From an uncultured Chloroflexia bacterium (lineage in GTDB: Bacteria; Chloroflexota; Limnocylindria; Limnocylindrales; CSP1-4), in NCBI GenBank assembly GCA_963800275.1, contig CAWDAI010000014.1, positions 46,745 through 110,744 on the forward strand: DNA of 64,000 nucleotides, given 5' to 3'. This document shows positions 22,449 through 32,522 of this stretch, piece after piece (position 1 is the first letter of the stretch; each line of letters begins with the position of its first letter). Made by a program: the position numbers and the translations under genes. The notes beneath the pieces were generated by a model. The model was given only the letters and a program-made list of their open reading frames with translations. It was not told where the DNA came from and searched no databases.

Positions 22449-23477
22449 TTGAAGAAAGTCGTACCCGGGCTCGTGATCGGAGCCATGGTCCTGACCTCGA
22501 CGGCCGTGGCGGCCGCCGATGGCGACACGCTCGCGGCCGTGCAGGAACGCGGCCAGCTCGTCTGTGGCGTCAACGGCGGACTGCCGGGCATGAGCGTCCT
22601 CAACGAGGAGACCGGCGCCTTCGAAGGCATGGACGGCGATTACTGCCGGGCCGTGGCCACAGCGGTGCTGGGCGACCCGGACGCCGTGCAGTGGACCACC
22701 CTCACCGCCGACCAGCGCGCGACCGCCATCCAGGGCGGCGAGGTCGACGTCATCTTCCGCAACACCACCGACACCCTCACCCGCGACGCGGCGTGGGGCG
22801 ACTTCGGCCCGACCATCTTCTACGATGGCCAGGGCATGATGGTCCGTGCCGACAGCGGCGTGACCTCGCTCGAGGAGCTCGACGGGGCCAGCATCTGCGT
22901 CACCTCCGGTACCACCACCGAGCAGAACCTGGCCGACCAGATGGCCTTCCGGGGTGTCGACTACACCCCGGTCGTGGCCGCTGAGATCGACACCGTCTAC
23001 GCCCAGTACGAAGAGGGTCGCTGCGACGCCGTCACGTCCGACAAGTCACAGCTCGTCGGACGGCGCACCTCGTTCGCCAACCCCGATGATCACGTCATCC
23101 TCGACGTGACCATGTCCAAGGAGCCCCTCGCCCCGGTCGTGGCCGCCGGTGACAGCCAGTGGGGCGACATCGTCCGCTGGGTGGTCTACGCCACGATGCA
23201 GGCCGAGGAGTTCGGCATCACCTCGGAGAACATCGGTGACTTCGCAGCCACCGACAACCCCGCGATCGCCCGCTTCCTGGGCCAGACCGACGAGCTCGGT
23301 GCGGCGCTGGGGCTGAGCAACGACTTCGTGGCCAACGTCATCTCCGCCGTGGGCAACTACGGCGAGATCTACGACCGCGCCTTCGGTCCCGACACGGCCC
23401 TCGCGCTGAGCCGCGCGGGCACGCTCAATGCCCTCTGGACCAACGGCGGGCTGATCTACTCGCCACCGTTCCGCTAG
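22449..23477 (+). CDS. amino-acid ABC transporter substrate-binding protein (AapJ/BztA-like, type 3 periplasmic binding protein)
   Basis: TTG start 8 nt after AGGAGG. Signal peptide KKVVPGLVIGAMVLTSTAVAAA, then an SBP fold. It is the first gene of a four-gene operon. Confidence 0.8.
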   Translation: MKKVVPGLVIGAMVLTSTAVAAADGDTLAAVQERGQLVCGVNGGLPGMSVLNEETGAFEGMDGDYCRAVATAVLGDPDAVQWTTLTADQRATAIQGGEVDVIFRNTTDTLTRDAAWGDFGPTIFYDGQGMMVRADSGVTSLEELDGASICVTSGTTTEQNLADQMAFRGVDYTPVVAAEIDTVYAQYEEGRCDAVTSDKSQLVGRRTSFANPDDHVILDVTMSKEPLAPVVAAGDSQWGDIVRWVVYATMQAEEFGITSENIGDFAATDNPAIARFLGQTDELGAALGLSNDFVANVISAVGNYGEIYDRAFGPDTALALSRAGTLNALWTNGGLIYSPPFR

Positions 23478-23492
23478 TAGAGCGAATCTCGA

Positions 23493-23530
23493 CCCCGGGC
23501 ACGCCGACAGGCAGTTCCCGGGGTCGATCA
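23493..23530 (+). other. intra-operon hairpin (10-bp perfect stem cgaccccggg...cccggggtcg) between the binding-protein and permease genes
   Basis: An inverted repeat immediately after the binding-protein stop. This is typical of attenuators that let the binding protein be over-expressed relative to the permeases. Confidence 0.35.
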
Positions 23531-23569
23531 TTTGCCAACGTCTTCCATCCGCTGAACGAGCTGGTATAG

Positions 23570-24781
23570 ATGGCCGAACAGCCGAGTGGTGCGCCGGCTG
23601 GCGCACCTGGGGAGAGCTCGGGCGCGTCGGTGCCCTTCTGGCGCGACGTGCGCGTGTTGGCGGTCATCACCCAGGTCGTCGTCCTCGCGGTCATCCTGCT
23701 CGTCCTGGGCTGGTTGCTGGGCAATCTCGCCACCAACTCGGCCACGCGCGGCATCAGCACCTCGCTCGACTGGCTGGACCAGCGCGCGGGCTTCAGCCCG
23801 GCCGAGTCGGTCATCCCCTACTCGCCCGACGACACCTACGCGCACGCCCTGCTGGTCGGCCTGCTCAATACGCTCACCGTCAGCGTGGTGGGCATCGTCC
23901 TGGCCACCCTACTCGGCCTGGTCGTCGGCATCGCCCGGCTCTCGAGCAACTGGCTGGTGGGCAAGGTCGCCCTGACCTACGTCGAGATCTTCCGCAACAC
24001 GCCCATCCTGGTGCAGCTGCTGGTGATCTACTTCGTGGTCTTCCTGCAGATGCCGCCGGTACGCGAATCGATCGTCCTGCCCCTGCAGATGTATCTCAGC
24101 CAGCGTGGCTTCTACCTGCCACGTCCCGAGACCGTGCCCGACAGTGCCATCTGGTTCGCGGCCGTCGTCATCGCCATCGCCGGCTTCGGCGCCATCTGGT
24201 GGCTGGCCGGACGTCGGGAAGCGCAAGGCCGGCCCATCCGGGGCCTGCGCTGGGTGGCGCTGGGGGTCCTGTTCGGACTGCCGCTGGCGATCTGGCTCCT
24301 CATCCCCGATGGCGCCCTCCGCTTCGAGAACCCGGAGCTGGGCAACTTCAACATCAGCGGCGGCCTGCGCTTCACGCCCGAGTTCCTGGCCCTGACCGTG
24401 GGCCTGGCCCTCTTCACCGCGGCCTTCATCGCCGAGATCATCCGCGGTGGTATCCAGGCCGTGAGCAAGGGACAGCTGGAGGCGGCGCGAACGCTCGGGC
24501 TCAAGGAGAGCGAGGTCCTGCGCCTGGTCATCCTGCCGCAGGCGCTGCGCATCATCGTGCCGCCGCTCACCAGCCAGTACCTCAACCTCATCAAGAACTC
24601 GAGCCTGGCCCTGGCCATCGGCTACGCCGACATCTTCAACGTCAGCCGGACGGTCTCGGAGCAGACCGGCCAGCCGGTGGCGGTCATCCTCGTGGTCATG
24701 TCGGTCTACCTCGTCATCAGCCTGCTGACCTCGCTGGTGATGAACGTCTACAACCGCATGGTGCAGATCCATGAGCGCTGA
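23570..24781 (+). CDS. amino-acid ABC transporter permease (AapQ/BztB-like)
   Basis: Multi-TM protein with the ABC permease EAA-like region (EAARTLGLKESEVLRLVILPQALR). Confidence 0.85.
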   Translation: MAEQPSGAPAGAPGESSGASVPFWRDVRVLAVITQVVVLAVILLVLGWLLGNLATNSATRGISTSLDWLDQRAGFSPAESVIPYSPDDTYAHALLVGLLNTLTVSVVGIVLATLLGLVVGIARLSSNWLVGKVALTYVEIFRNTPILVQLLVIYFVVFLQMPPVRESIVLPLQMYLSQRGFYLPRPETVPDSAIWFAAVVIAIAGFGAIWWLAGRREAQGRPIRGLRWVALGVLFGLPLAIWLLIPDGALRFENPELGNFNISGGLRFTPEFLALTVGLALFTAAFIAEIIRGGIQAVSKGQLEAARTLGLKESEVLRLVILPQALRIIVPPLTSQYLNLIKNSSLALAIGYADIFNVSRTVSEQTGQPVAVILVVMSVYLVISLLTSLVMNVYNRMVQIHER

Positions 24782-26006
24782 CCCCACCGGCGGCACGGCG
24801 CTGCCCAACCCCGGCGAGGAGATCCGGCCGCCCGCGACCGAAGTCGGCGTGCAGGGCTGGCTGCGTCACAACCTCTTCAGCACCAAGTTCAACGGCCTAG
24901 TCACGATCGTGCTCCTGCTCGTCGTGGCCTACGTGGTCTGGAGCTTCCTGCAGTGGGCCCTGTTCGGCGCGCGCTGGGGCGTCATCACCGACAACTTGCG
25001 CCTGTTCCTCGTGGGCCAGTACCCCAAGGCTGAGATCTGGCGGGTGTGGGCCACGCTGGTGGTGCTCTCGCTAGCGACCGGCCTGACCGCCGGCTCGTCG
25101 AGCAGCGGCGCGGTCCGCATGCTGGCCATGATGCTCATGGCCGGCCAGCTCATGCTGGCGGCGCTGGTGGTGGTCTCCGGCCTCGGCGTGGTCGGCGCGC
25201 TGGCGCTCATCGCCAGCGCCGGCGTGGTCCTTGCCGCCATGTACCTGGCCCGGCGCTTCCCGCTGCGGCGCGTGTGGATGTCGCTGGCCTGGCTCGTGGC
25301 CGCGATCCTGGGCGTGGCCCTGCTGGCCGGCCTTGGCGAAGCCACGCCGCTGCCCACCGTCTCGACCAACATCTGGGGCGGGCTCCTGCTCACGATGATC
25401 CTCTCCATCGCCGGCATCCTGCTCTCGTTCCCGCTGGGCGTGCTGCTGGCTGTCGGCCGGCGCAGCCGCCTGCCGGTGGTCCGCGTCGCGAGCACCACCT
25501 ACATCGAGCTCATCCGTGCCGTGCCCCTGATCACGGTGCTGTTCATGGCCCAGTTCCTCTTCCCCCTGGTGCTGCCCGACGGGCTGCGCGTCGAGAACGT
25601 CATCCGGGCCATCGGCGGCATCACCCTCTTCAGCGCGGCCTACGTGGCCGAGAACGTGCGCGGAGGCCTCCAGGCCATCCCCGCCGGCCAGCACGAGGCG
25701 GCCTTCGCCATCGGCCTGCGCACCTGGCAGACGACGGTCTACATCGTGCTGCCACAGGCGCTGCGCATCACCATCCCGTCCAACGTCGGCCTCTTCATCA
25801 GCCTGCTCAAGGACACCACGCTGGCCTACATCATCGGCCTCCTCGAGATCCTCGGCATCGGCCGCGCGGTCCTGGCCAACCCCGAGTGGCTGGGCACGCA
25901 GTTCGAGGTCTACTTCTTCATCGCGGTCGTCTTCTTCGTCCTCAGCTACACCCTCAGCCAAGCCAGCTATCGTCTCGAGAAGGAGCTAGGGATCGGTGAA
26001 CGATGA
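24771..26006 (+). CDS. amino-acid ABC transporter permease (AapM/BztC-like)
   Basis: Second permease of the operon ([24 protein letters not shown]). It overlaps the upstream gene by 11 nt. Confidence 0.85.
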   Translation: MSADPTGGTALPNPGEEIRPPATEVGVQGWLRHNLFSTKFNGLVTIVLLLVVAYVVWSFLQWALFGARWGVITDNLRLFLVGQYPKAEIWRVWATLVVLSLATGLTAGSSSSGAVRMLAMMLMAGQLMLAALVVVSGLGVVGALALIASAGVVLAAMYLARRFPLRRVWMSLAWLVAAILGVALLAGLGEATPLPTVSTNIWGGLLLTMILSIAGILLSFPLGVLLAVGRRSRLPVVRVASTTYIELIRAVPLITVLFMAQFLFPLVLPDGLRVENVIRAIGGITLFSAAYVAENVRGGLQAIPAGQHEAAFAIGLRTWQTTVYIVLPQALRITIPSNVGLFISLLKDTTLAYIIGLLEILGIGRAVLANPEWLGTQFEVYFFIAVVFFVLSYTLSQASYRLEKELGIGER

Positions 26007-26830
26007 GTGAGCCACTCGTGACCAACGAGCCCACCGTCAAGGGGGTCTCGACCAAGCCGCGCGACGTCGACCGGACACCCCCGGGCGAGGACGCGCCAGA
26101 CATCATCGTCTGCCGCGACGTCCACAAGTGGTTCGGCGAGCTGCACGTGCTCACGGGCGTCACCATCTCGATCAAGTCGGGCGAGGTGCTCGTGATCGCC
26201 GGGCCCTCGGGCTCGGGCAAGTCGACCTTCATCCGCACCATCAACCGCCTCGAAGAGCACCAGCGCGGCGACATCCTCGTGGACGGCATCGAGCTCACCA
26301 ACGACATCCGCAACATCGCCGCCGTGCGCTCGGAGATCGGCATGGTCTTCCAGCAGTTCAACCTCTTCCCGCATCTGACGGTGCTGCAGAACATCACGCT
26401 CGGCCCGATCCGTGTGCGCAAGACCCGGCGTGAGGAGGCCGAGGAACGGGCCATGCAGCTGCTCAACCGGGTAGGTATCCCCGAGCAGGCCCTGAAGTAC
26501 CCGGCCCAGCTGTCCGGTGGTCAGCAGCAGCGCGTGGCCATCGCGCGCGCCCTGGCCATGGATCCCAAGATCATGCTCTTCGACGAGCCCACCTCGGCGC
26601 TCGACCCGGAGATGATCAGCGAGGTCCTCGATGTCATGCGCGAGCTGGCCGAATCAGGCATGACCATGCTGGTGGTGACACACGAGATGGGCTTCGCCAA
26701 GGCCGCGGCCGACCGCATGGTCTTCTTCGACGCGGGCAACATCGTGGAGCAGGGACCGCCGGAGCAGATCTTCGAGAACCCCCAGCACGACCGTACCAAG
26801 CTCTTCCTGAGCCAGATCCTGACCCACTGA
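26003..26830 (+). CDS. amino-acid ABC transporter ATP-binding protein (AapP/GlnQ-like)
   Basis: Walker [10 protein letters not shown], the signature motif [15 protein letters not shown], and Walker [12 protein letters not shown]. Confidence 0.9.
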   Translation: MSEPLVTNEPTVKGVSTKPRDVDRTPPGEDAPDIIVCRDVHKWFGELHVLTGVTISIKSGEVLVIAGPSGSGKSTFIRTINRLEEHQRGDILVDGIELTNDIRNIAAVRSEIGMVFQQFNLFPHLTVLQNITLGPIRVRKTRREEAEERAMQLLNRVGIPEQALKYPAQLSGGQQQRVAIARALAMDPKIMLFDEPTSALDPEMISEVLDVMRELAESGMTMLVVTHEMGFAKAAADRMVFFDAGNIVEQGPPEQIFENPQHDRTKLFLSQILTH

Positions 26831-26870
26831 GGCCGACCCGGGGCCACCGACCCCGGTCCGAGTCGCGACA

Positions 26871-28199
26871 ATGGGGCCGATGGGCTCGACGGATGGACAG
26901 GTCGCTCCAGCGGCTCGTGATGTCGGGCTCTGGGGTGCCGTGGCCATCGGGATCGGGGGCATGGTCGGCGGCGGCATCTTTGCCGTGCTCGGCGTGGCGG
27001 CCATGGACGCCCGCGGCGGAACGGCCCTGGCGCTGTTCGTGGCCGGCTGCATCGCCCTCCTCACCGCGGCCTCGTACGCCAGCCTCTCGGTGCGCTACCA
27101 GAGCCGAGGCGGCAGCATCGTCTTCATCGATCGGGCCTTCCACGTGGGCGTCCTCACCGGCGCGCTCAACAACCTGCTCTGGTTCGGCTACCTGGTCACG
27201 CTGGCGCTCTATGCCACCGCCTTCGCCAACTACGCGGCTACCTTCCTCGATGCGGGCCCCGCGCCCTTCTGGTTGCACCACCTCCTCGTGAGCCTGGCCA
27301 TCCTCCTGCCCACCGGCCTGAACCTGCTCGCTGCCGGCATCGTGGCCCGCACCGAGACGGCCATCGTGGGCCTCAAGCTGGCCATGCTGCTGGTCGTGGT
27401 CCTGGCCGGCTTGACGACCATCGACCCGGACCGGCTGGCACCTGCGACGTGGCCGGCGCTGCCGGCGATCGTGGCCGCGGGCATGCTCGTGTTCGTGGCT
27501 TACGAGGGCTTCGAGCTCATCGCCAACGCCGCCGAGGATGTGCGCCGCCCGGCTCGCAACCTGCCGGCGGCCCTGTTCATCAGCGTCGGCGCCGTCATCG
27601 CCATCTACGTGGCGGTCGCCATCGTGACCGTGGGCTCGCTCGATCCGCGCGAGATCGCCGCCGCGGCGGACTTCGCCCTGGCCCAGGCCGCGGTGCCCAG
27701 CCTGGGGCAGGCCGGCTTCGTGCTCGTGGCCGCGGCCGCCGTGCTGGCCACGTTCTCGGCCATCAACGCCACGCTCTACGGCGCCGCCAGGCTCAGCTAC
27801 GCCATCGCCGCCGAAGGCGAGCTGCCGCCGGCGCTCGAGCAGAAGCTGTGGCATGAGCCGGTGGGCCTGCTGCTGACCGCGGGCGCGGCCCTGGCCCTGG
27901 CCAACCTGCTCGACCTCACGGCCATCGCGGCCGTGGCCAGCGCGGTCTTCCTGGCCGTCTTCGCCGCGGTCAACGTCGCGGCTGCCCGGGTGGACCGGGG
28001 GCTTCGGCGGGCCGTCGCCTCGGTCGGAGCGGTCAGCTGCCTGGGGGCCCTGGTGGTGCTGGTGGTGGACACCGCCTCACGGACGCCGGTCTCGCTGGTG
28101 ATCCTCGTCGTGGCCGGTGTCGTGGCCATCATGGGCGAGCTGGTCTGGCTGCGCCGCCGCCGCCGACTGCGGCTGGCCGATGCGGGCGCCGCTGGCTGA
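26871..28199 (+). CDS. APC superfamily amino-acid/polyamine permease
   Basis: Twelve predicted TM segments. The N-terminal GIGGMVGGGIFAVLG region is characteristic of the family. Confidence 0.8.
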   Translation: MGPMGSTDGQVAPAARDVGLWGAVAIGIGGMVGGGIFAVLGVAAMDARGGTALALFVAGCIALLTAASYASLSVRYQSRGGSIVFIDRAFHVGVLTGALNNLLWFGYLVTLALYATAFANYAATFLDAGPAPFWLHHLLVSLAILLPTGLNLLAAGIVARTETAIVGLKLAMLLVVVLAGLTTIDPDRLAPATWPALPAIVAAGMLVFVAYEGFELIANAAEDVRRPARNLPAALFISVGAVIAIYVAVAIVTVGSLDPREIAAAADFALAQAAVPSLGQAGFVLVAAAAVLATFSAINATLYGAARLSYAIAAEGELPPALEQKLWHEPVGLLLTAGAALALANLLDLTAIAAVASAVFLAVFAAVNVAAARVDRGLRRAVASVGAVSCLGALVVLVVDTASRTPVSLVILVVAGVVAIMGELVWLRRRRRLRLADAGAAG

Positions 28200-28235
28200 G
28201 GCGTCGGGCCCCCGGGCCCCCGGGCCCGAGAACGA

Positions 28236-28976
28236 TCAGTCGAAGACCGGCAGCAGCTCCTGCACCAGGCGTGCGGACGACGCCGCGGCGTCGTGGACGA
28301 AGGCGGCGAAGTCAGTCAGCGACTCCTCGCCCGCACGATCGGACAGTGCCCGCACCACCAGCCAGGGCAGCCCGAAGCGCTCGGCCACGTCGCACAGGGC
28401 CGAGCCCTCCATCTCGATGGCCAGGGCGGCCCACTCCCCGGAGAGGGCCTCGCGCACGCGCGGCGAGGCCAGGAACGCGTCGCCGGTGAGGATCGTGCCC
28501 AGCGTCGCCTCGAGCTCGCGCTCGGCGAGGCGCTCTGCGAGGCGGACGGCCAGCGTTCCGGGCAGGCGATAGCCGGGATCGGGCTTCACCTCCGGGATGG
28601 GCAGGGTCCCGGGTCGATAGACGATGCGACCCTCGTCGGTGAGCCGGCCGTAGTCGATATCGATGACGCGGTCAGCGACCACGATGTCGCCGATGCCGAG
28701 CGTGTCGCCGAGGCCGCCGGCCACGCCGCTGAGCACCAGCGCCCGGCAGCCGAAGCGCTCGGCCAGGAGCGTCGCGGCGGTGGCGGCCTTGACCTTGCCC
28801 ACACCGGACGCGGCCACGATCACCTCGTGCCCGGCGAGAATCCCGCGCCGCGCCTCGAGCCCGGGGCCGGGGAGGGGAGGCGGCTCGCCCATCGTCCGCA
28901 CCAGCAGCTCCTGCTCCGCCGGCAGCGCGCACAGGATGCCCACCGGGCCAGCGGCGCTCACGCCCTCCCGAGCCAT
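28236..28976 (-). CDS. MTA/SAH nucleosidase family protein (PNP/UDP phosphorylase fold; could equally be futalosine hydrolase MqnB)
   Basis: Family motifs GILCALPAEQELL, SGVGKVKAATAA and IEMEGSAL (catalytic Glu). Confidence 0.65.
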   Translation of the reverse strand: MAREGVSAAGPVGILCALPAEQELLVRTMGEPPPLPGPGLEARRGILAGHEVIVAASGVGKVKAATAATLLAERFGCRALVLSGVAGGLGDTLGIGDIVVADRVIDIDYGRLTDEGRIVYRPGTLPIPEVKPDPGYRLPGTLAVRLAERLAERELEATLGTILTGDAFLASPRVREALSGEWAALAIEMEGSALCDVAERFGLPWLVVRALSDRAGEESLTDFAAFVHDAAASSARLVQELLPVFD

Positions 28977-30973
28977 CAGGCGGCCGGCTCCAGGGCCTCT
29001 TCGAACTGGCTGGTGTAGAGGTCGTAGTAGAAGCCCCGCGCCTCGATCAGCTCGTCGTGGGTGCCGCGCTCCACGATGCGGCCCTGGTCCATGACCAGGA
29101 TGAGGTGGGCATTGCGGATGGTCGAGAGGCGGTGGGCGATGACGAAGGCGGTCCGCCCGTGCATGAGCCGGTCCATGGCCTTCTGGATGAGCACCTCCGT
29201 GCGCGTGTCCACCGAGGAGGTGGCCTCGTCGAGGATGAGGATGCGCGGGTCGGCCAGGAAGGCGCGGGCGATGGTCAGCAGCTGCTTCTCACCGGCCGAG
29301 ACGTTGGTGGCCTCGTCGTCGACGATCGTGTCGTAGCCACCCGGCAGCGTGCGCACGAAGTGGTCCACGTGCGCAGCTTCGGCCGCCGCCTCCAGGGCCT
29401 CCTCGGTGACCGTGCCATCGTCCGCCCCGTAGGCGATGTTCTCGCGGATGGTGCCGCCGAAGAGCCAGGTGTCCTGCAGCACCATGCCGAAGGTGCGGCG
29501 CAGCTCGTCACGGGTCAGCTCGCGCGTGTCCACGCCGTCCACGGTGATGCGCCCGGCGTCGACGTCGTAGAAGCGCATGAGCAGGTTCACCAGCGTGGTC
29601 TTGCCCGCGCCGGTCGGGCCCACGATGGCGATGGTCTGGCCGGCCTCCACCGCCAGGTCCAGGTCGTCGATGAGCGGCGTGTCCGGCAGGTAGCGGAAGG
29701 AGACCCCCTCGAAGGCCACGCGACCGCTGACCGGACGCGGCAGGTGCGCCGGCTCGACCGGGTCGGCCAGCTCGTCGGGCTCGTCGAGCAGCTCGAACAC
29801 GCGCTCGGCGGAAGCGACCGCGCTCTGCAGGATGTTGACGATGCTGGCCGCCTGGATGATGGGCATGGTGAACTGGCGGGAGTACTGGATGAAGGCCTGG
29901 ACGTCGCCCAGCGAGAGGGTGCCCGTGGCCACCTGCACGCCGCCGATGACCGCGATGGCCACGAAGTTGAGGTTGGAGATGAAGGTCATCGCCGGCTGGA
30001 TGATGCCGCTGATGAACTGGGCCTTGAAGCTGGCCTCGTAGAGGGCCTCGTTGCGGACGTCGAACTCCTCGATGGCCTGTTCCTGGCGCCCGAAGACCTT
30101 GACGATGGCGTGGCCCGAATGCATCTCCTCGACGTGCCCGTTGAGGTCGCCGGTGCGCTCCCACTGGCGTGCGAACTGCTTCTGCGAGCGGCTGGCGATG
30201 AAGGCCGTGACGATGATCGAGAGCGGCACCGCCAGCAGCGAGACGAAGGCCAGGATCGGGCTGATGGTCAGCATCATGATCAACACGCCCACCACCGTGA
30301 GCATCGAGGTCAGCAGCTGGGTCAGGCTCTGCTGCAGCGTCTGGCTGATGTTGTCGATGTCGTTGGTCACGCGCGAGAGGATGTCGCCGCGCGACTCCCG
30401 GTCGAAGTAGCTGAGGGGCAGGCGACCGAGCTTCACGTCCACGCGCCGGCGCAGGCGATAGACCGTGCGCTGGGTGACGCCGGCCATGAGATAGGCCTGG
30501 CCCCAGCTGAAGACGGAGCCCACCATGTAGACGCCAGCGGTGAGCAGCAGGATCTGGGCCAGCTGGCCGAAGTCGATGCCCTTGCCGGGCACCACGTTCA
30601 TGCCCGCGAGCATGTTCGCCTGGTCCGTCTGGCCGGCCGCGCGCAGCCCCGCTTCGACCTGGTCGAGGGGCACGCCGGTGAGGCCGGCGTTGCCCAGCTG
30701 CGTACCCACCGCGCCGTCGAAGATGACGTTGGTGGCGGCGCCCAGGAGACGCGGGCCGATGACCACGAGGGTCACGCTGACGACGGCCAGCACCACCACC
30801 AGGGCGATGATCCGGCGCTCCGGTCGCAGCTCGCGCAGCAGCCGCTTGAACGAGCCGCGGAAGTCCTTGGAGCGCTCGACGGGCAGCTGGCCCAGGGCAG
30901 CGCCGTGCGTGCCCGGACCCATGGGCCGGGGACGGCGTCCGCCTGTCTGCCCGCCGCCGTGGGGGCCGCTCAC
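28976..30973 (-). CDS. ABC exporter, fused permease + ATPase (type I exporter half-transporter, second subunit of a heterodimer)
   Basis: Six TM helices plus a nucleotide-binding domain (Walker A GPTGAGKTT, LSGGQRQ-like motif, Walker B ILDEATSSVD). Likely GTG start at 30973 preceded by AAAGAGGG. Confidence 0.85.
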   Translation of the reverse strand: MSGPHGGGQTGGRRPRPMGPGTHGAALGQLPVERSKDFRGSFKRLLRELRPERRIIALVVVLAVVSVTLVVIGPRLLGAATNVIFDGAVGTQLGNAGLTGVPLDQVEAGLRAAGQTDQANMLAGMNVVPGKGIDFGQLAQILLLTAGVYMVGSVFSWGQAYLMAGVTQRTVYRLRRRVDVKLGRLPLSYFDRESRGDILSRVTNDIDNISQTLQQSLTQLLTSMLTVVGVLIMMLTISPILAFVSLLAVPLSIIVTAFIASRSQKQFARQWERTGDLNGHVEEMHSGHAIVKVFGRQEQAIEEFDVRNEALYEASFKAQFISGIIQPAMTFISNLNFVAIAVIGGVQVATGTLSLGDVQAFIQYSRQFTMPIIQAASIVNILQSAVASAERVFELLDEPDELADPVEPAHLPRPVSGRVAFEGVSFRYLPDTPLIDDLDLAVEAGQTIAIVGPTGAGKTTLVNLLMRFYDVDAGRITVDGVDTRELTRDELRRTFGMVLQDTWLFGGTIRENIAYGADDGTVTEEALEAAAEAAHVDHFVRTLPGGYDTIVDDEATNVSAGEKQLLTIARAFLADPRILILDEATSSVDTRTEVLIQKAMDRLMHGRTAFVIAHRLSTIRNAHLILVMDQGRIVERGTHDELIEARGFYYDLYTSQFEEALEPAA

Positions 30974-31075
30974 TGGTGCACCCTCTTTCTGTCGGTAGTC
31001 GCAGATCGACTGCCGATGCACCCGAGGTGCCGTCGGGTCACTGCCCCGCTCGCTCGAACCTTCGAGGTCCAGCAT

Positions 31076-32522
31076 GAGTTCCGCAGGACCCGGCGGTCAC
31101 CCGGGACGCCGTGACCGTCGACAGGGCTGTGCGCCATGGCCATCACCGGCCGGGAGCGCCGATCAGTGAGCTGACAGGCAGATGCGTCCCGGTACCGAGA
31201 TGCGGGTTCCTCCCCACTGGGATCAGCAGCGAGGAGGCTGACATGCAGTCTGCCAGTATCACCCCGGGTCGTGGCTCGTCCGACCAGCCCGTCAGCGTCG
31301 CCGTCAGCGGTGGCGTGGACTGGGCCAGCGCCGATCATGCCGTGGCCGTCGTCGACGACGATGGCCGCCAGCTCGCCCGCGAGCGCGTCGAGCACACCGC
31401 CGCGGGCCTGCGGGCGATGGTGCGGTTCCTGGCCCGGCAGGGCGTGGCCGAGGTCGCCATCGAGCGTGGCGACGGCCCGGTGGTCGAGGCCCTGCTGGAG
31501 GCCGGGCTGACCGTCGTCGTCATCAGCCCCAACCAGCTCAAGGGCCTCCGTTCGCGCTACGGCTCGGCCGGCAACAAGGACGACCGCTTCGACGCCTACG
31601 TGCTCGCGGACACCCTGCGCACCGACCGGGCCCGGCTCCGACCGCTGACCCAGGACACCGAGGCCACCAGGACCCTGCGCGCCACCGTGCGGGCCCGTCG
31701 CGACCTGGTCATGCACCGCGTCGCGGTGTGCAACCAGCTGCGCGCCCACCTGCAGGGCACCTTCCCCGGCGCGGTCGGCCTGTTCCGGGAGCTGGACTCG
31801 CCGATCAGCCTGGCCTTCCTGGCCCGCTTCGATTCCCAGGAACGCGCCGACTGGCTCTCCACCAAGCGGCTGGCGGCCTGGCTGGCGGGCGTCGGCTACT
31901 GCGGCCGCAAGGACCCCGCCGACCTCCATGCCCGACTGCAGGCCGCACCCCGGGGCCCGGTCGGACCCGACGGTGCCGCCCGGGCCCACGTCACTCGCGC
32001 CCTGCTCGCCGTGCTCGGCGGACTGGTCGAGCAGATCGGCATCCTCGAGGCGCAGATCGCCGAGTAGCTCGCCCTCCACGCCGACGCCCATATCTTCCAG
32101 TCCCTGCCCCGGAGCGGCACCGTCCGCGCCGCCCGGCTGCTCGCCGAGATCGGCGACGTCCGCGCCCGGTTCCCCGATGCCGCCTCCCTGGCCTGTCTGG
32201 CCGGCGTCGCCCCCTCGACGAGGCAGTCCGGCAAGCATCGAGCCGTCACGTTCCGCTGGGCGGTCGACAAGGAGCTCCGCGACGCGATCTGCGACTTCGC
32301 CGGCGACTCCAGACGCGCCAACCCCTGGGCCGCGAGGGTCTACGACGACGCCATCGCGAGGGGCAAGGACCACCCCCACGCGACCCGCATCCTGGCTCGC
32401 GCCTGGCTCGGCGTGATCTGGCGCTGCTGGCAGGATGACACCGCCTACGAACCCGCCCGACATCGCGCCCTCCAGGCCACGCTGCCGACTGCCGAAGCAG
32501 CCCAGGGTTGACACAGGGCTAC
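31076..32522 (+). mobile_element. IS110-family insertion sequence sitting between the two ABC exporter genes
   Basis: Carries a single transposase gene of IS110 type. Its boundaries are set by the flanking ABC genes. IS110 elements lack inverted repeats and target duplications, so the exact ends cannot be read from the sequence. Confidence 0.7.
31243..32511 (+). pseudogene. IS110-family (DEDD) transposase interrupted by one in-frame TAG at 32065-32067
   Basis: The N-terminal domain is VAVSGGVDWASADHAVAVVDDDG...; the translation ends ...LEAQIAE at the TAG. The same frame continues directly as LALHADAHIFQSLPRSGTVRAARLLAEIGDVRARFPDAASLACLAGVAPSTRQSGK..., which is the conserved IS110 C-terminal domain. 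ATG at 31243 is preceded by GAGGAGG. Confidence 0.75.

Noticed and set aside
32065-32067. TAG inside the IS110 transposase as a programmed recoding or read-through site
   Set aside because: TAG terminates bona fide genes in this window (glyQS). IS110 transposases are not known to use recoding. A nonsense mutation or base error is more parsimonious.
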